63,958 nt of DNA, filler included, from Octopus bimaculoides (GCF_001194135.2; 7 parts of 6 records of this genome joined end to end with filler, not necessarily neighbours in it); one strand, 5' to 3'; numbered from the whole stretch's first letter, positions 11,790-25,948 are shown. The notes: a model not told the origin generated them from the sequence alone. Made by a program: numbers and translations.

Positions 11790-12700
11790 CCTTGTTATTA
11801 TTACACATTTCTTGGCAATTTGACAAACCATCAAATCTTCAGTTGACTGTCAATGACCTGTACTGATGATGTTGACAAAATATTAGTGACATAGCTTGTT
11901 GATACATCTGCTGACAGTGTTGATGTAAAACTAGATTTATAGTTGAATGTCAGCACAGCTGATGGCAATTTTGACAAAACATCAAGTCTGCAGTTGACCG
12001 TCAATGACATACACTGATGGTGTTGACTAAGTATTAGTCAACATAGCTTGTCAACATATCTACTGAGAGTGCTGACATGAAACCTGATTTATAATCATCT
12101 GTCAGCATATTTGTTGGCAATTTTGACAAAATATCAAGTCTACTGTTGACTGACAATACGTTTGCCAATGACGTTGTCTTAACACCAGATCTACTGTGGA
12201 CTGACAATACATCTGCTAATGACGTTGTCTTAACACCAGATCTACAGTTGACTGTTAATTCATCTTCTGGCTGTGTTGATTGTTAAAAATCTCTGCTGAT
12301 TCAATACAATAAATATCTCCGACTGGCTGTTGACACAAATACTGACATTGTAAAACTCATCACATCTGCTGAGAAGTTTTACATCACATATCTACCAAAC
12401 TTAAGCTTTATATTTAAAATATGCATCTGCTGACAAACATAACACAACAGATCTTCAGTTAACACATCTTCTGATTTCGTTGACCAACAAAACACTAAAC
12501 ACAGTTGAGTCAATTCATCTGCCGACAATGTTCATACAATGCTATATTTATAAGATCGCTCAACTTCTTAGCTAAAAGCATTTCCACAACAATCAAATCT
12601 ACAGGTGACAGTTGATTCATCTGTTGACGACATTGATTTGGCACAAAATGAGTGTCGACTCGTTTGCTAAAAACATCAACAAAACACAAAACTAATGTAT
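11790..12700. repeat. Degenerate ~51-bp minisatellite organised in ~150-bp higher-order units
   Basis: GGCAATTT(T)GACAAA recurs at 11814, 11964 and 12116. Two near-identical 51-bp units at about 12139-12240. TCTACAGTTGACTG / CATCTGCTGA motifs persist to about 12650. Confidence 0.8.
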
Positions 12701-13906
12701 AGCGTTGGCAGTATTTATGACATTCAAGCAGGTCCTTTATTAATGATGTGTCTTGAAGCAATTTCATCTATAAATAATTTCTGCCTCCCCACCCCCATTC
12801 GAAGCGTTTTTAACTCAATGCATTATAAGGTGTTATTTACTGCTGATTTTGCTTTGAGACATATCATAAATAAAGACTTTACAAATTTCTCGATACCTGT
12901 GCATTTGCATTCTAAATGTAATAAACATTTAATTTCTTCTATCAAAGTTTCAGTCAGTATTTTCTATCAGCACCCACTTACTCTTTATAGCTTTATATAT
13001 AGCACTTAGGCTAGGTGGGAACTGATTTCTAAATCATGAATTTTATTAAAACACTTTTTTTTTTGAAATTTGCAATGTTTGTTGTTACTGCTACTTTTTC
13101 TTTTTTTTTTTGTTTTTGAAATTTTCTTTTATATCTTCATGCCACTTTTGTTTTAATTGCTATTTATTATTTATTTTTATTTTTCTCTGTTTTTTCCTGA
13201 GAAGTTGACATGTGGTAGTCAGCACCCTGTCCAGTGATGTGATGAGAGTAGTTTCCCATCAGCAAAAATTCTAGGGAAAGCTGAGATAAATGCTGGCCCT
13301 ATGGGTCATAATGTTTTGAGATGCAGATTTAACCAATATTACAAGGAAGGTGCCACAGCACACCTCCAATTTCTCAGTGAATCAAGACCACAGCCTGGTT
13401 TTAATTATTTCTCACACTCCTTTTTTATTTCTTCTCAAATGTTATGCATCATAACTAATTAACAATAACCATTATTTAACATCATCATCTAAGGCAAGCT
13501 CTTAGTGAAACCATCACTAATAACTTTGACAAGAGGATATCCACTACACTACAACTTTTTGTCCCCTTTCTGCCTCTCCTCGAATTCAAAGGCTTTGTGC
13601 CTGCCTTTATAAGAAATATCATGATTAATTTTGTAAATTAAATACAAAAGTTTTATTGGAAAAAAAAAGGGAAAAAAAAAAAATTTACATGCTGCCATGG
13701 TTGGTTATTTTTTTAATTGTTTTTTGCCCCCACTACAGTTTCGTTTTTGCTGTGTGCATGTGTAGCTGTGAATATTTATGCAGGAGTAGCATGTGTGTTC
13801 AAAAGTTAGTTCTTCCCATATTTTTTGTTGTTATTGAGGGCATTGGGCTTCGCGTCTATGTTAGAAATAATAATAATTATTATTATTATTATTACTATTA
13901 CTTACT

Positions 13907-14128
13907 AAGGCAGTGAGTTGGCAGAACCATTAGCATGCCAGACAAAATGCTTTGTGGCATTTTGCCCATCTTTATGTTCTGAGTTTAAATTTTGCCAAGG
14001 TTGACTTTGCCTTTCATCATTTTGGAGTCGATAAATTAAGTGCCATTTGAGCATTGGGGTCAATGTAGTTGACTAGCCCCTTCTCCAATATCTCAGGCCT
14101 TGTGACTACAGTAGAAAATATTGTCATT
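13907..14128 (+). mobile_element. SINE family C
   Basis: Full head, central domain and CAGGCCTTGTG..TAGAAA tail, following an (ATT)n run. Confidence 0.85.
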
Positions 14129-14223
14129 GAGGGCGGTGAATGAGCAGGTTCCCATAAAGCACCAGAAGTGGAATTTAGGTTTCTTTTTCCTTTTACTAAA
14201 CTAAAGCATGAAGGGCTGCGTTT

Positions 14224-14254
<31 letters not shown>

Positions 14255-14571
14255 GGAAAAGGAAATTATCTTCAAACTGGATACTTAGTTCAAATTCTTG
14301 GAATAGAGTACATTCTGCTTTGGGCACCCAAGGGCCAGATGGTGGTGTTAATCTAGGAGATGGATTACGTTTACCACACACAATCAAGGATGGTCAACCT
14401 AAGGCTTTGGTACAAGACACCTTTGCTTCAGGTGCCATGCTGTGGGACTGAACCCAAAACCACACCCTGCACCAGTTCAGTCCGAGTTCAAATCTCGCCA
14501 AGGTTAAATTTGCCCTTTACATTAAATTCTTCCAGAGACAATGAGTTTAGTACCAGTAAAATATCATTATT

Positions 14572-16110
14572 TAGGCAGCATCCTGGCAGAACTGTTGGCA
14601 GTCTTTATACTCTGAGTTCAAATTCTGCCAAGGTCGATTTTGCCTTTCATCTTTTCGGGGTTGATAAAATAAGTACCAGTTATGCACTGGGGTTGATGTA
14701 ATTGATTAGTCCCCTCCCACCAAATTTCAGGCTTTGTGCCTATAGTAGAAAGGATTATTATTATTATTATTATTATTATTAAGGAAATAAGTTGTCAGAA
14801 TTGTTAGCTCAAATTCCACTGAGGTTGACTTTGCTTTCCATCCTTTTGGGCTTGATAAAATAAGTCCCAGTTGAGCACTGGTGGAGGGGAGGGGGCAGCG
14901 TAATTGACTTATCCCCTCCCTTCCATAATTGCTGGCCTTTTGTCAAAATTTGAAATCATTACTAGGATGGTAGGTTGGAAGAATTGGTACAGCATTGGAC
15001 AAAAATGTTTTGCTATATTCAGTTCCTATTCTTTCTGAATTCAGTCTCCATTAAGGTTACTTTTTGCCTCTCACACTTTGAAAATCAATAAAAACAAAGT
15101 ACTAATCTTGTGCTGGGGGTCAGTGTAAACAACTACTTTCCTCTCCACAAATTTCTAGCCTTGTACTTATATTAGAAACTTTGTTATTAGTAGGGATAAT
15201 AGATTTGCATAATTGGTTGAACATGAACAAAAAACCTTTTGATATTTAATGTTTTTATGTTCTAAATTTAAAATCCTGCAGAGGTCAACTTTGCCATTCA
15301 TCTTTCGGGGTTGATAAAATAAGGTTCTAAACTAGTACTGAGTCAGCATAATTGACTAACCATCTCTCCTCAAAATTGCTGGCCTTGTTCCTAAATTAGA
15401 AACAATATTGTATTGTTATTATCATTATTAAGGCAGCGAGTTGGCAGGATCATTAGCATAGCGGTATTTTGTCTGCTACGTTCTGAGTTCAAATTCCGCC
15501 GAGGTCATCTTTGCCTTTCATCCTTTTGGGGTCAATAAAATAAGTACCAGTTGAACACTGGGGCTGATGTAATCGACTCATCTCCTCCCCTAAAATTGCT
15601 TCCCTTATGGAAAAATTTTAAACCATTATTATAAGGTGGTGAACTGGTAGAATTGTTAGCATGCCAGGTAAAATGCTTAGTAGTATTTTGTCTGTCTTCA
15701 CATTCTGAGTTCAAATTCCACTGAAGTTGACTTTGTCTTTCATCCATTCAGGGTCGATAAATTAAGTACCAGTCAATTACTGGGGTTGATATTATTGACT
15801 TCCCTCTCCCCCAAAATTTCGAGCCTCATGCTTATAGTAGAAAGGGTTATTATTATTGTTATAAAAAATGTGGTAAGCTGGCAGAATCATTGACACACTG
15901 GATAAAATGCCTTAGCAACATTTCTTCCAGCTTTCTTTGTGTTCTGAGCTCAAATTCTGGTGAGGTCAACTTTACCTTTCATCCTTTTGTGTGGGGGTGA
16001 TAAAATAAAGTGCCAGTGAAATACTGGGGTTGATGTAATCAACTTACCACCTCCCCCAAATTGCTGGTCTTGTGCCAGAATTAGAAAGTACTGTTATTAT
16101 TATTATTATT
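14572..16110 (+). mobile_element. Head-to-tail train of seven family C SINEs
   Basis: Units start at about 14572, 14781, 14963, 15190, 15430, 15632 and 15865. Each has the central GCCTTTCATCCTTT..GATAAA..AAGTACC domain and ends in ATT-rich tails. Confidence 0.88.
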
Positions 16111-16593
16111 ATCATCATGAAAGGGTTTTGATCTGTAACATATACAATAAAGTAAAAAAGAAAAAAAAAAATTGACGACTGAGCAGATGTCATTGATTGT
16201 CCGTGGCGATTTCTATTCGTGGAAGCTGTTTTATTTTAATTGTCTCTGTCTTTTGGGTTGGATGGTGTGTGTGGGTGGAGAAGCAAATTTTGTTTTTTCA
16301 TTGAGATTTATAAACCACCACCTCCCCAAAACACAACTGCTATCTATTATATGCATTCATTTAACTCATTCATTTAACTCATTCATTCAGATGTATGAAA
16401 GCAATGTCACTGAGCATGCATGTGTGTACGTGTGTTAACCATGGGCTTGTATGGCTCATTTCACTCATCATCTGCCAGTTGTCACCAATGGTCTCTCTCT
16501 GATGCCTTTTTCCCCGAACACTTTAACAGGGGCGAATGTAACTGACCGCAGTTCCATATTAAAGAAATTGGTGTGAGTCTTGTAGATGTCCTA

Positions 16594-16641
<48 letters not shown>

Positions 16642-16779
16642 TATAAAGATACATGCATAAATACACATGCAAACTCACACGTGCACTCACTTACACATAC
16701 ACTCTCATGCACATGTGCATGCACACGATCTTCCACATATTTGTACATGTTTATGCTCTGACATTATACTCAAACACAA

Positions 16780-16871
<92 letters not shown>

Positions 16872-17584
16872 ATCTATGTATGTATATATATATATATATA
16901 TATATAAATACACACACAAACACACACACATATTGTGGCATGTCTGTATGCTGCAATTTGTATCATCTCACTCAAGCAACAAAACGCATTTCTTATATAT
17001 GCACATGCGCAAAACTTTTGAGTGTGACTATATTAAACGAATGAAGGAAAAAAAAGAAAAAGAAAAAATACTCAGTGGAGCTCATGTATATAATAATAAA
17101 TATGTTTAATTTGCTTTCAAATGTCTTCCTTTTAATTGAATATAATGATGATGATGACTTTAGTAGTCAAGGTATTGAATCCATATTTTTATTATGTTTG
17201 TTTGTTTATCGTTTTCCCTCTTCCCATCTTCTCTCAAACAATCGTGAAATTCAGCTTTTGTTTCTACTATGAAGATGATGATGATGATGATAGTTATGAT
17301 ATCCATAATATGTACCACAGAAGAATTCCAGTTTACTTTCCACGTGATACTTTACAGATATATCATATTGGTTTCAAACTATGGCACAAGACCTTGGAGA
17401 TAGATTCAAGTTGGATATCAGCTGCATTAATCTCACCGGCTGAAAGTCATGACCTTTGGTATTCATAGCCACTACTTCACCTTCTCTAACTAAATTACTT
17501 CCAAAATAAATAAAGTACAAGCCACAATAATCTTTCTGTTTACCAGATTTACATGCCTTAGTTTTTCATGAAGGTTAAATGAAA

Positions 17585-17908
17585 TTCTTTTATTCTTTCT
17601 GTCATTTGATTGCAGCTATGCTGGAGCACCACCTTGAGCGGTTTTTACTCAAACAAATTGACCCCAGGACTTATTTTATCAAGCCTATTACTTATTCTAT
17701 CGGTCTGTTTTGCTGAACTACTTCGTTACAGGGACGTAAACACACCAACATCGGTTGTCAATGGGTGGTGGGGGACAAACAAACACACACACAGTTTCCA
17801 TCTACCAAATCCACTCACAAGGCTTCAGTTGGCCTGAGGCTATAGTAGTAGACACTTGCCCGAAGTGCCATGCAGTGGGACTGAATTCAGAACCATGTGG
17901 TTGGGAAG
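17585..17908 (-). mobile_element. SINE family B (truncated by gap)
   Basis: Reverse match to the family B body and head. Confidence 0.85.
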
Positions 17909-18100
17909 NNNNNNNNNNNNNNNNNNNNNNNNNNNNNNNNNNNNNNNNNNNNTTAATTAATTAANNNNNNNNNNNNNNNNNNNNNNNNNNNNNNNNNNNN
18001 NNNNNNNNTATACATATATATATATATACATATATATATACACACACACACATACACATACATATATATATATATATGAGCTGAAACTGCAGTAAAGAGA

Positions 18101-18248
18101 ATTATTATTATTATTATTATTGTTCCGTAGTTTTATTTTTATAACGTACTTTCACTTCACTACCGAGCGCAGCTCTGTGCGCCTTGGGTATGTGCTGTGG
18201 TTTGCTGTGGTGCTCTCATGGTTACCGTATTGAAAGTGTTTTGCGTAG
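18101..18248 (-). mobile_element. 3' end of a Dong/R4-like non-LTR retrotransposon
   Basis: Minus strand reads ...LRKTLSIR* followed by a ~100-nt 3' UTR and an (AAT)n tail, resembling R4/Dong ORF ends. Family assignment is from recollection. Confidence 0.55.
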
Positions 18249-18261
18249 AATATTATTATCA

Positions 18262-18455
18262 TTATCCTTTCTACTATAGGCACAAGCCTCGAAATTATGG
18301 GTGGGGGATGGGGTAGTAGATCCCCAGTACACAACTGTTACTTAAGTCTCAGACTGTGAAAGGATAAGAAGCAGAGTCGACCTCGACGGAATTTGAACTC
18401 AGAACACAAAGACGGACGAAATGCCTCTAAGCATTTTGCTTGGAGTGCTAACAAA
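18262..18455 (-). mobile_element. SINE family C
   Basis: GTCGACCTCGACGGAATTTGAACTCAGAAC..GACGGACGAAATGCC.CTAAGCATTTTG is the reverse family C head. Confidence 0.85.
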
Positions 18456-20527
18456 ATGGAAAACAGGTTCAAAACAAACAAAATGAGTTAAAACTTATAT
18501 AACTTGTGGAGAAATTCAAATATGTACACTACGAATTGAGCAAAGCGAACGAGTGTATCTCTTCACATGAAACAAGCTTCTCTATCAAATTATGTAAGGT
18601 TTCTACAGCGAGATAAGTAACGGCATTCAAAAGAAAAATAAGTTGAGAAGTAGAAACAAAAAATACAAAACAAAAGAAAACAAAAATTGCAAATAAATAA
18701 AATGTCTGAAAATAAAGGAAAGAAATGAAGGAAAAAGAAAAAAAAAAGGGTTCGAGAACTTCCAATAAGGAATTGAAGCCATTAAAGAATATGACCAAAT
18801 CCGAATGAAGAAAATTACATCGAAATACGACTCTGTATGCGTGCGTGAATACACTTGTGGCCGGTTGCTGCTACATATCCCGCCTTACTTCATTGAATCA
18901 TTATATATATCTATGTGTGTATNNNNNNNNNNNNNNNNNNNNNNNNNNNNNNNNNNNNNNNNNNNNNNNNNNNNNNNNNNNNNNNNNNNNNNNNNNNNNN
19001 NNNNNNNNNNNNNNNNNNNNNNNNNNNNNNNNNNNNNNNNNNNNNNNNNNNNNNNNNNNNNNNNNNNNNNNNNNNNNNNNNNNNNNNNNNNNNNNNNNNN
19101 NNNNNNNNNNNNNNNNNNNNNNNNNNNNNNNNNNNNNNNNNNNNNNNNNNNNNNNNNNNNNNNNNNNNNNNNNNNNNNNNNNNNNNNNNNNNNNNNNNNN
19201 NNNNNNNNNNNNNNNNNNNNNNNNNNNNNNNNNNNNNNNNNNNNNNNNNNNNNNNNNNNNNNNNNNNNNNNNNNNNNNNNNNNNNNNNNNNNNNNNNNNN
19301 NNNNNNNNNNNNNNNNNNNNNNNNNNNNNNNNNNNNNNNNNNNNNNNNNNNNNNNNNNNNNNNNNNNNNNNNNNNNNNNNNNNNNNNNNNNNNNNNNNNN
19401 NNNNNNNNNNNNNNNNNNNNNNNNNNNNNNNNNNNNNNNNNNNNNNNNNNNNNNNNNNNNNNNNNNNNNNNNNNNNNNNNNNNNNNNNNNNNNNNNNNNN
19501 NNNNNNNNNNNNNNNNNNNNNNNNNNNNNNNNNNNNNNNNNNNNNNNNNNNNNNNNNNNNNNNNNNNNNNNNNNNNNNNNNNNNNNNNNNNNNNNNNNNN
19601 NNNNNNNNNNNNNNNNNNNNNNNNNNNNNNNNNNNNNNNNNNNNNNNNNNATATATATATATATATATACATATACATAGGTATGAAAATACATGCATAT
19701 CGAATTTGATCAAATCTCAAAGCTACGTGCATTCAACACCTTAAGAAACCCCTGGAAAAGAAGAGACACATGCACACACATACACACACACACATATAGA
19801 CACATACACGGACGCGTGGACACACATACAGTGATAAGCATAAGTAAACTTCTCCTTGTAGCGTTCCTTAAATCCACACACTGGCAACACTTGATGTATT
19901 CGTATTTTACGACAAGAGTCAATAATAACTTTGCGTTAAGATCCCTTCAACTATAACTAATATACTAACCTATCGTGAAGAATCGCGCTTAACTAATATC
20001 CATGTATTCTGCAGACAGCTCCCATACGATAAATATACATTCATGCAGGTAAATAGATTAAAGTAAACACAATGTGAATCGTATCGTGTATGTTACCTGT
20101 ATTTGCCGTTGTAAAACTAAATATCGACCATCTTTTGATCTAATTTTTCTTTTACTAATTGTCTCTATAGAATTTGAACAGGGCTGTTGGATTTTGTTAG
20201 AATCGGTAGAAAGTTCGAAGAAAGCTTTCAGGTATGTTTTTCTTTCTCTTTCTATCGAGTCTTCATCTTACTTTAAATAGAAATGTAGACGACTTCAGCT
20301 TCGTAATTTTTGTTGCTAAAATCTCGAGCGAATATAGTACCAGTCATGTACTGGTGTTGATTGAATTGCATGTGCTGACATGCCATGGATTCAATTGGCT
20401 CGAACAGTAGAGTCCAGTTTCACCGTCAAACCGTCAAGCTCCGAGAAGAGATGAAGTAATACGCTTCTTAGACTAGACTACTGTCTATATATGAGTATAC
20501 ATATCGTGTTCATAGGCAAAATGACTG

Positions 20528-20715
20528 AAATTTGGGTGGAGAGAAATTTAGTCGATTACATGGGCCTAGTACTCAACTGGTACATAATTTAACGATCACG
20601 AAGGGATGAAACGCTAAGTCGACATCCGCGGAATTTGAACTCAGGACGTAATGACAGACGAAATGCCGCTATGCATTTTACCTGGGGTGCTAACGATTCT
20701 GCCAGCACGCCGCCT
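20528..20715 (-). mobile_element. SINE family C
   Basis: Reverse head and central domain. Confidence 0.85.
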
Positions 20716-21849
20716 CACATGCAGGGAATACATAATACTTGCCTATTTGTTCTTCAAGAATACCAACTACTTTCGGTAATGATATACATATACTACTAAA
20801 ATACAGATGCTATAAAAACAAAAAAAGAACAACAATTGTAATACTAACCTGTTCAGTTAAGTTCCGGCAAGTTCCATCAACTTCCGTCCTGTTAACAAGT
20901 ATTGAAGCAGGTGAATCAGAATATCTTCGAAAAACCAGGAATCATTCCATTATATTACTTTCTCGCTTTGTTTAAATTATCACGATTTCGGATTGAAATA
21001 TGTTCAATTCTGAAGATGTTTCTAAAAAGGATCTCATTATTTTCTTCCTTTTTTTTTTCTTTGCTTTAATGTACACCGTTTACTTATTGATGTTCTTGGT
21101 TTTCTTTGATATATCGGATTTTGTTCATATTTATATATATATATATATNNNNNNNNNNNNNNNNNNNNNNNNNNNNNNNNNNNNNNNNNNNNNNNNNNNN
21201 NNNNNNNNNNNNNNNNNNNNNNNNNNNNNNNNNNNNNNNNNNNNNNNNNNNNNNNNNNNNNNNNNNNNNNNNNNNNNNNNNNNNNNNNNNNNNNNNNNNN
21301 NNNNNNNNNNNNNNNNNNNNNNNNNNNNNNNNNNNNNNNNNNNNNNNNNNNNNNNNNNNNNNNNNNNNNNNNNNNNNNNNNNNNNNNNNNNNNNNNNNNN
21401 NNNNNNNNNNNNNNNNNNNNNNNNNNNNNNNNNNNNNNNNNNNNNNNNNNNNNNNNNNNNNNNNNNNNNNNNNNNNNNNNNNNNNNNNNNNNNNNNNNNN
21501 NNNNNNNNNNNNNNNNNNNNNNNNNNNNNNNNNNNNNNNNNNNNNNNNNNNNNNNNNNNNNNNNNNNNNNNNNNNNNNNNNNNNNNNNNNNNNNNNNNNN
21601 NNNNNNNNNNNNNNNNNNNNNNNNNNNNNNNNNNNNNNNNNNNNNNNNNNNNNNNNNNNNNNNNNNNNNNNNNNNNNNNNNNNNNNNNNNNNNNNNNNNN
21701 NNNNNNNNNNNNNNNNNNNNNNNNNNNNNNNNTATATATATACAGCTAGCTAGATAGATAGATAGATAGATAGAACTTATACACACAAACACACAAGAAG
21801 AAATTCCTGCCTGCCGAAAATTTGGAAACATTTTGGCAAACATTATTAG

Positions 21850-22330
21850 CATTTTGCAAGTTGATATTAAGTGCTGCTTCTGTGCAATGATGCCTAACGG
21901 GAGACATGCAGGGTATTTAAGTAATTCACTTCGCAATGATGAGTTCTCGGTTCCGATCCCAGTTCTTGGAGAAATCTCTCACATTTGTCCCATGTCTCTC
22001 TTATAAGAGCGCAGGAATGTTGGTGCAGTTGAAATGTCTCGCAAGTATGGCCTTATCTAGCTTTGTTTAGTTCATATGCTTTATGGAACTAATGCCTTAA
22101 ATCCTACCTTTAGTCGCTTTCAGATTTCAACATCCATACCTCGGCGTCTATTCACTGTGTACTCTGGGTAGTAGTACATCTTTGCCTTCATGATTTCATC
22201 GCTTACCACCTCTATCCGGTCGGTCTTGTGATACACCTTATCAAATCATTCTTCAGTATCTCATGGTGATACAACAACGGCAATGGTTGTCTGGTAAGTA
22301 TCTTAGCTGGATGTATGACCTAGCATTTGC
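21850..22330 (-). pseudogene. Decayed RTE-clade LINE ORF fragment (region C-terminal to RT)
   Basis: Minus-strand translation gives SIKHMN*TKLDKAILARHFNCTNIPALL*..(E)TW, matching the RTE-type 'AF.SIK..LRAHLF.STVLPAL.Y..ETW' pattern; stops and frameshifts present. Confidence 0.5.
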
Positions 22331-22739
22331 AATCAAGCTACAAAAGTACCGCACTACTGACCTCAGAAAAATAATTCCTCGCGTATGCAATCGCGTAGCG
22401 TGTTTGATAGTGGTTAGAAACTAACTAAACTGAAAAGATAATAAACAACCTGGCCTCGTCTTAAACGCCAGAAGAATGCGAACAAATGCGGCTCAGTATC
22501 CTGCAGGTCAATTAGACCACTCCAGGGTGGCGGAGCGAAATCCGTGTGACAAGAGGGTGGTAAGAATTTCAGGTGCCAATTGGCCGACAAGGAATCGGAT
22601 TACAACTCTTGCCGTACGTACCCACAACTACAAGATTGTGGCTGGGAGCGTGTGTGTGTGTGTGTGTGCGTGTGTGTGTGTGTGTGTGTGCGTGTATGTA
22701 TACACATACATACATACATACATACATATATATTTGTAA

Positions 22740-22774
<35 letters not shown>

Positions 22775-23438
22775 TATATATACATACGTATATAGATAGA
22801 TATNNNNNNNNNNNNNNNNNNNNNNNNNNNNNNNNNNNNNNNNNNNNNNNNNNNNNNNNNNNNNNNNNNNNNNNNNNNNNNNNNNNNNNNNNNNNNNNNN
22901 NNNNNNNNNNNNNNNNNNNNNNNNNNNNNNNNNNNNNNNNNNNNNNNNNNNNNNNNNNNNNNNNNNNNNNNNNNNNNNNNNNNNNNNNNNNNNNNNNNNN
23001 NNNNNNNNNNNNNNNNNNNNNNNNNNNNNNNNNNNNNNNNNNNNNNNNNNNNNNNNNNNNNNNNNNNNNNNNNNNNNNNNNNNNNNNNNNNNNNNNNNNN
23101 NNNNNNNNNNNNNNNNNNNNNNNNNNNNNNNNNNNNNNNNNNNNNNNNNNNNNNNNNNNNNNNNNNNNNNNNNNNNNNNNNNNNNNNNNNNNNNNNNNNN
23201 NNNNNNNNNNNNNNNNNNNNNNNNNNNNNNNNNNNNNNNNNNNNNNNNNNNNNNNNNNNNNNNNNNNNNNNNNNNNNNNNNNNNNNNNNNNNNNNNNNNN
23301 NNNNNNNNNNNNNNNNNNNNNNNNNNNNNNNNNNNNNNNNNNNNNNNNNNNNNNNNNNNNNNNNNNNNNNNNNNNNNNNNNNNNNNNNNNNNNNNNNNNN
23401 NNNNNNNNNNNNNNNNNNNNNNNNNNNNNNNNNNNNNN

Positions 23439-23485
<47 letters not shown>

Positions 23486-23824
23486 TAGAAGTGCATCTGC
23501 GTGTGTAAATATTAATATAGCTTGCCATTTATAATAGTCAATAAAATGTCAACGGAAAAATACATACTGTCATTTCTCTAACAACAATTTCCTTTTAAAT
23601 GTATCCTAAGGGGGAATTTTTCTTGCGTAACACACACGCACAAATACACACACGAAAATTGAGAGGCACACATAATCTCACTACCACTTACGTACGTCAA
23701 AACACGCACAGACACATATAGATCCATAAACAAAATGCGTGTGCTTGTAGGCGAAGTTGTGTGTGCATTTCTGTGTGTATGCATGTATGTAGATGTAGTA
23801 GCTCGTATATATGTATACATTATC

Positions 23825-23880
<56 letters not shown>

Positions 23881-24602
23881 NNNNNNNNNNNNNNNNNNNN
23901 NNNNNNNNNNNNNNNNNNNNNNNNNNNNNNNNNNNNNNNNNNNNNNNNNNNNNNNNNNNNNNNNNNNNNNNNNNNNNNNNNNNNNNNNNNNNNNNNNNNN
24001 NNNNNNNNNNNNNNNNNNNNNNNNNNNNNNNNNNNNNNNNNNNNNNNNNNNNNNNNNNNNNNNNNNNNNNNTAAATATATACGATATATACACGTATACC
24101 GTTGTATACATTAAATAAATATATTTGCAAATATGTTAGAGCGATGAAAGTGTGAAAAAAAAAATAACACGTTGTAACAACAGTAGATAAAACAGTTTTT
24201 TTTTATTATATTTGTTCCATTTTGTTTGATTTGTCATTTTTTTTTTCATTGTTCCATTTCTAAAGGAAGAATTGAAATACAGGCTAAAATTTAGTGGAAA
24301 TGCAAAGCAAGACACAACCAACACACACACATACACACACATATATATATACAAACACGAAAGTAAACCAACAACAATAAAATATAATAATGTAATGCCC
24401 ACCACGCTACACATTATTACAAGTGATTACAATAGATTGATATAAGAAACTAGTAACAATGGAGTCATGAAATTAAAAACACCATTAAAGTCATTATACG
24501 CAATATAAAGATTTTTGCACGCGTGGCTGCCAGCTATATATGAGAGGTTACATACAAATCAGCAAAGACGGTAACTTCCATTTTGTGTTTTTTTTATTTT
24601 TT

Positions 24603-24686
<84 letters not shown>

Positions 24687-24826
24687 TGTGTGTGTGTTGT
24701 GTGTGTGTTATCATTTAAGAATGAATAAAAACAATTCTGCATAAATATTTTACTGTTTATTATAAAAATATATGAATCCATATAAGTGTGCTGCGTATGC
24801 GAGCGTATATGTGTGTGTACGTGTGT

Positions 24827-24876
<50 letters not shown>

Positions 24877-25442
24877 TTGTGAGTGTGTTTGTGTTTGTGT
24901 GTGTCTGTGTTGTGATTTTATTGTGAGTAACGTGAGAGAAGTTTAAAAATATGAGAAAGATTCCTTCACAGAATGAAAATAAAAAGAAAAGGGCCGTGTC
25001 TTGTTTCCTGATTTAGAAAGAACCATTGTTGAGTCTTAAAAGGTAAGAAAATGTAAGGAGTTACCGTTGAACTTCAGAAACTAATTAAATATTTTTAATA
25101 TCGCTCTTACAATTTCAATAAATTCGTGCATAATTAATATAGGATATATTAGTTTGCTGTATATACGTAAGCAACATTCGTGTACACACTCACACACAGA
25201 GAAGGCATACACACAGTCAAATATATGGGAGTGTGTGTGTATAAGAATGTATGAATGTATTCAAGTATACATGTATATATGTACAAATGCATAATAGTCT
25301 CATGAGAAAATATTTCTTTTATATTGATGTTGATTAATTTATTAATAAAAGGAAGAGCGCATTCTTCTTTTGATACATTCCGATTGTGTGGGTTGATTTT
25401 GAAACTATACGCATATATATGTGTGTGCGTGTATGTATGTGA

Positions 25443-25482
<40 letters not shown>

Positions 25483-25716
25483 NNNNNNNNNNTGTGTGTG
25501 TGTGTGTGTCATGTCAATTCACTGGATGATCCAGTTAACATGTATACCAGCACAATTTGTCGCAGACTCGGAGTATCGGCGTCAAAATCGATGACGCTAC
25601 CAAGCCTGCTTGATAAGGAATGTGGTTTCTTTAGGGCTGGACACCCTGCGTGTCCGTAAGCATAATCTGTCAACGTAGTGATAAAGTGAGAGAGCATTAG
25701 TCTTTGCTTAGGCATC

Positions 25717-25948
25717 TCTCTTTTTGTCTGATTGTTTCAGTTATTAGACTACGGCCATACGGGGACACCACCACTTTAAGGAACTTTTAGTCTAATGAAT
25801 CAACCCCCAGTATACACTTTTTCAAAGCGTGGTTCTTTCTTTTGCTAAACCGCCAAGTTACACAGTCCTAAACACACCCTCACCAGTTATCAAGAGGTGG
25901 TGGGTGGCAAAGACAGAGATACAAAGACACACGCACTCACACGCACGC

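Noticed and set aside
14572-16110. Regularly spaced repeats resembling a CRISPR array
   Set aside because: Units are ~200-bp diverged SINEs in a eukaryotic genome; no short identical repeats with unique spacers and no cas genes.
18805-23528. Long ORFs of 200-385 aa (also 28.4-29.1, 58.0-58.7 and 62.2-63.5 kb)
   Set aside because: They span N gaps and consist of X residues.
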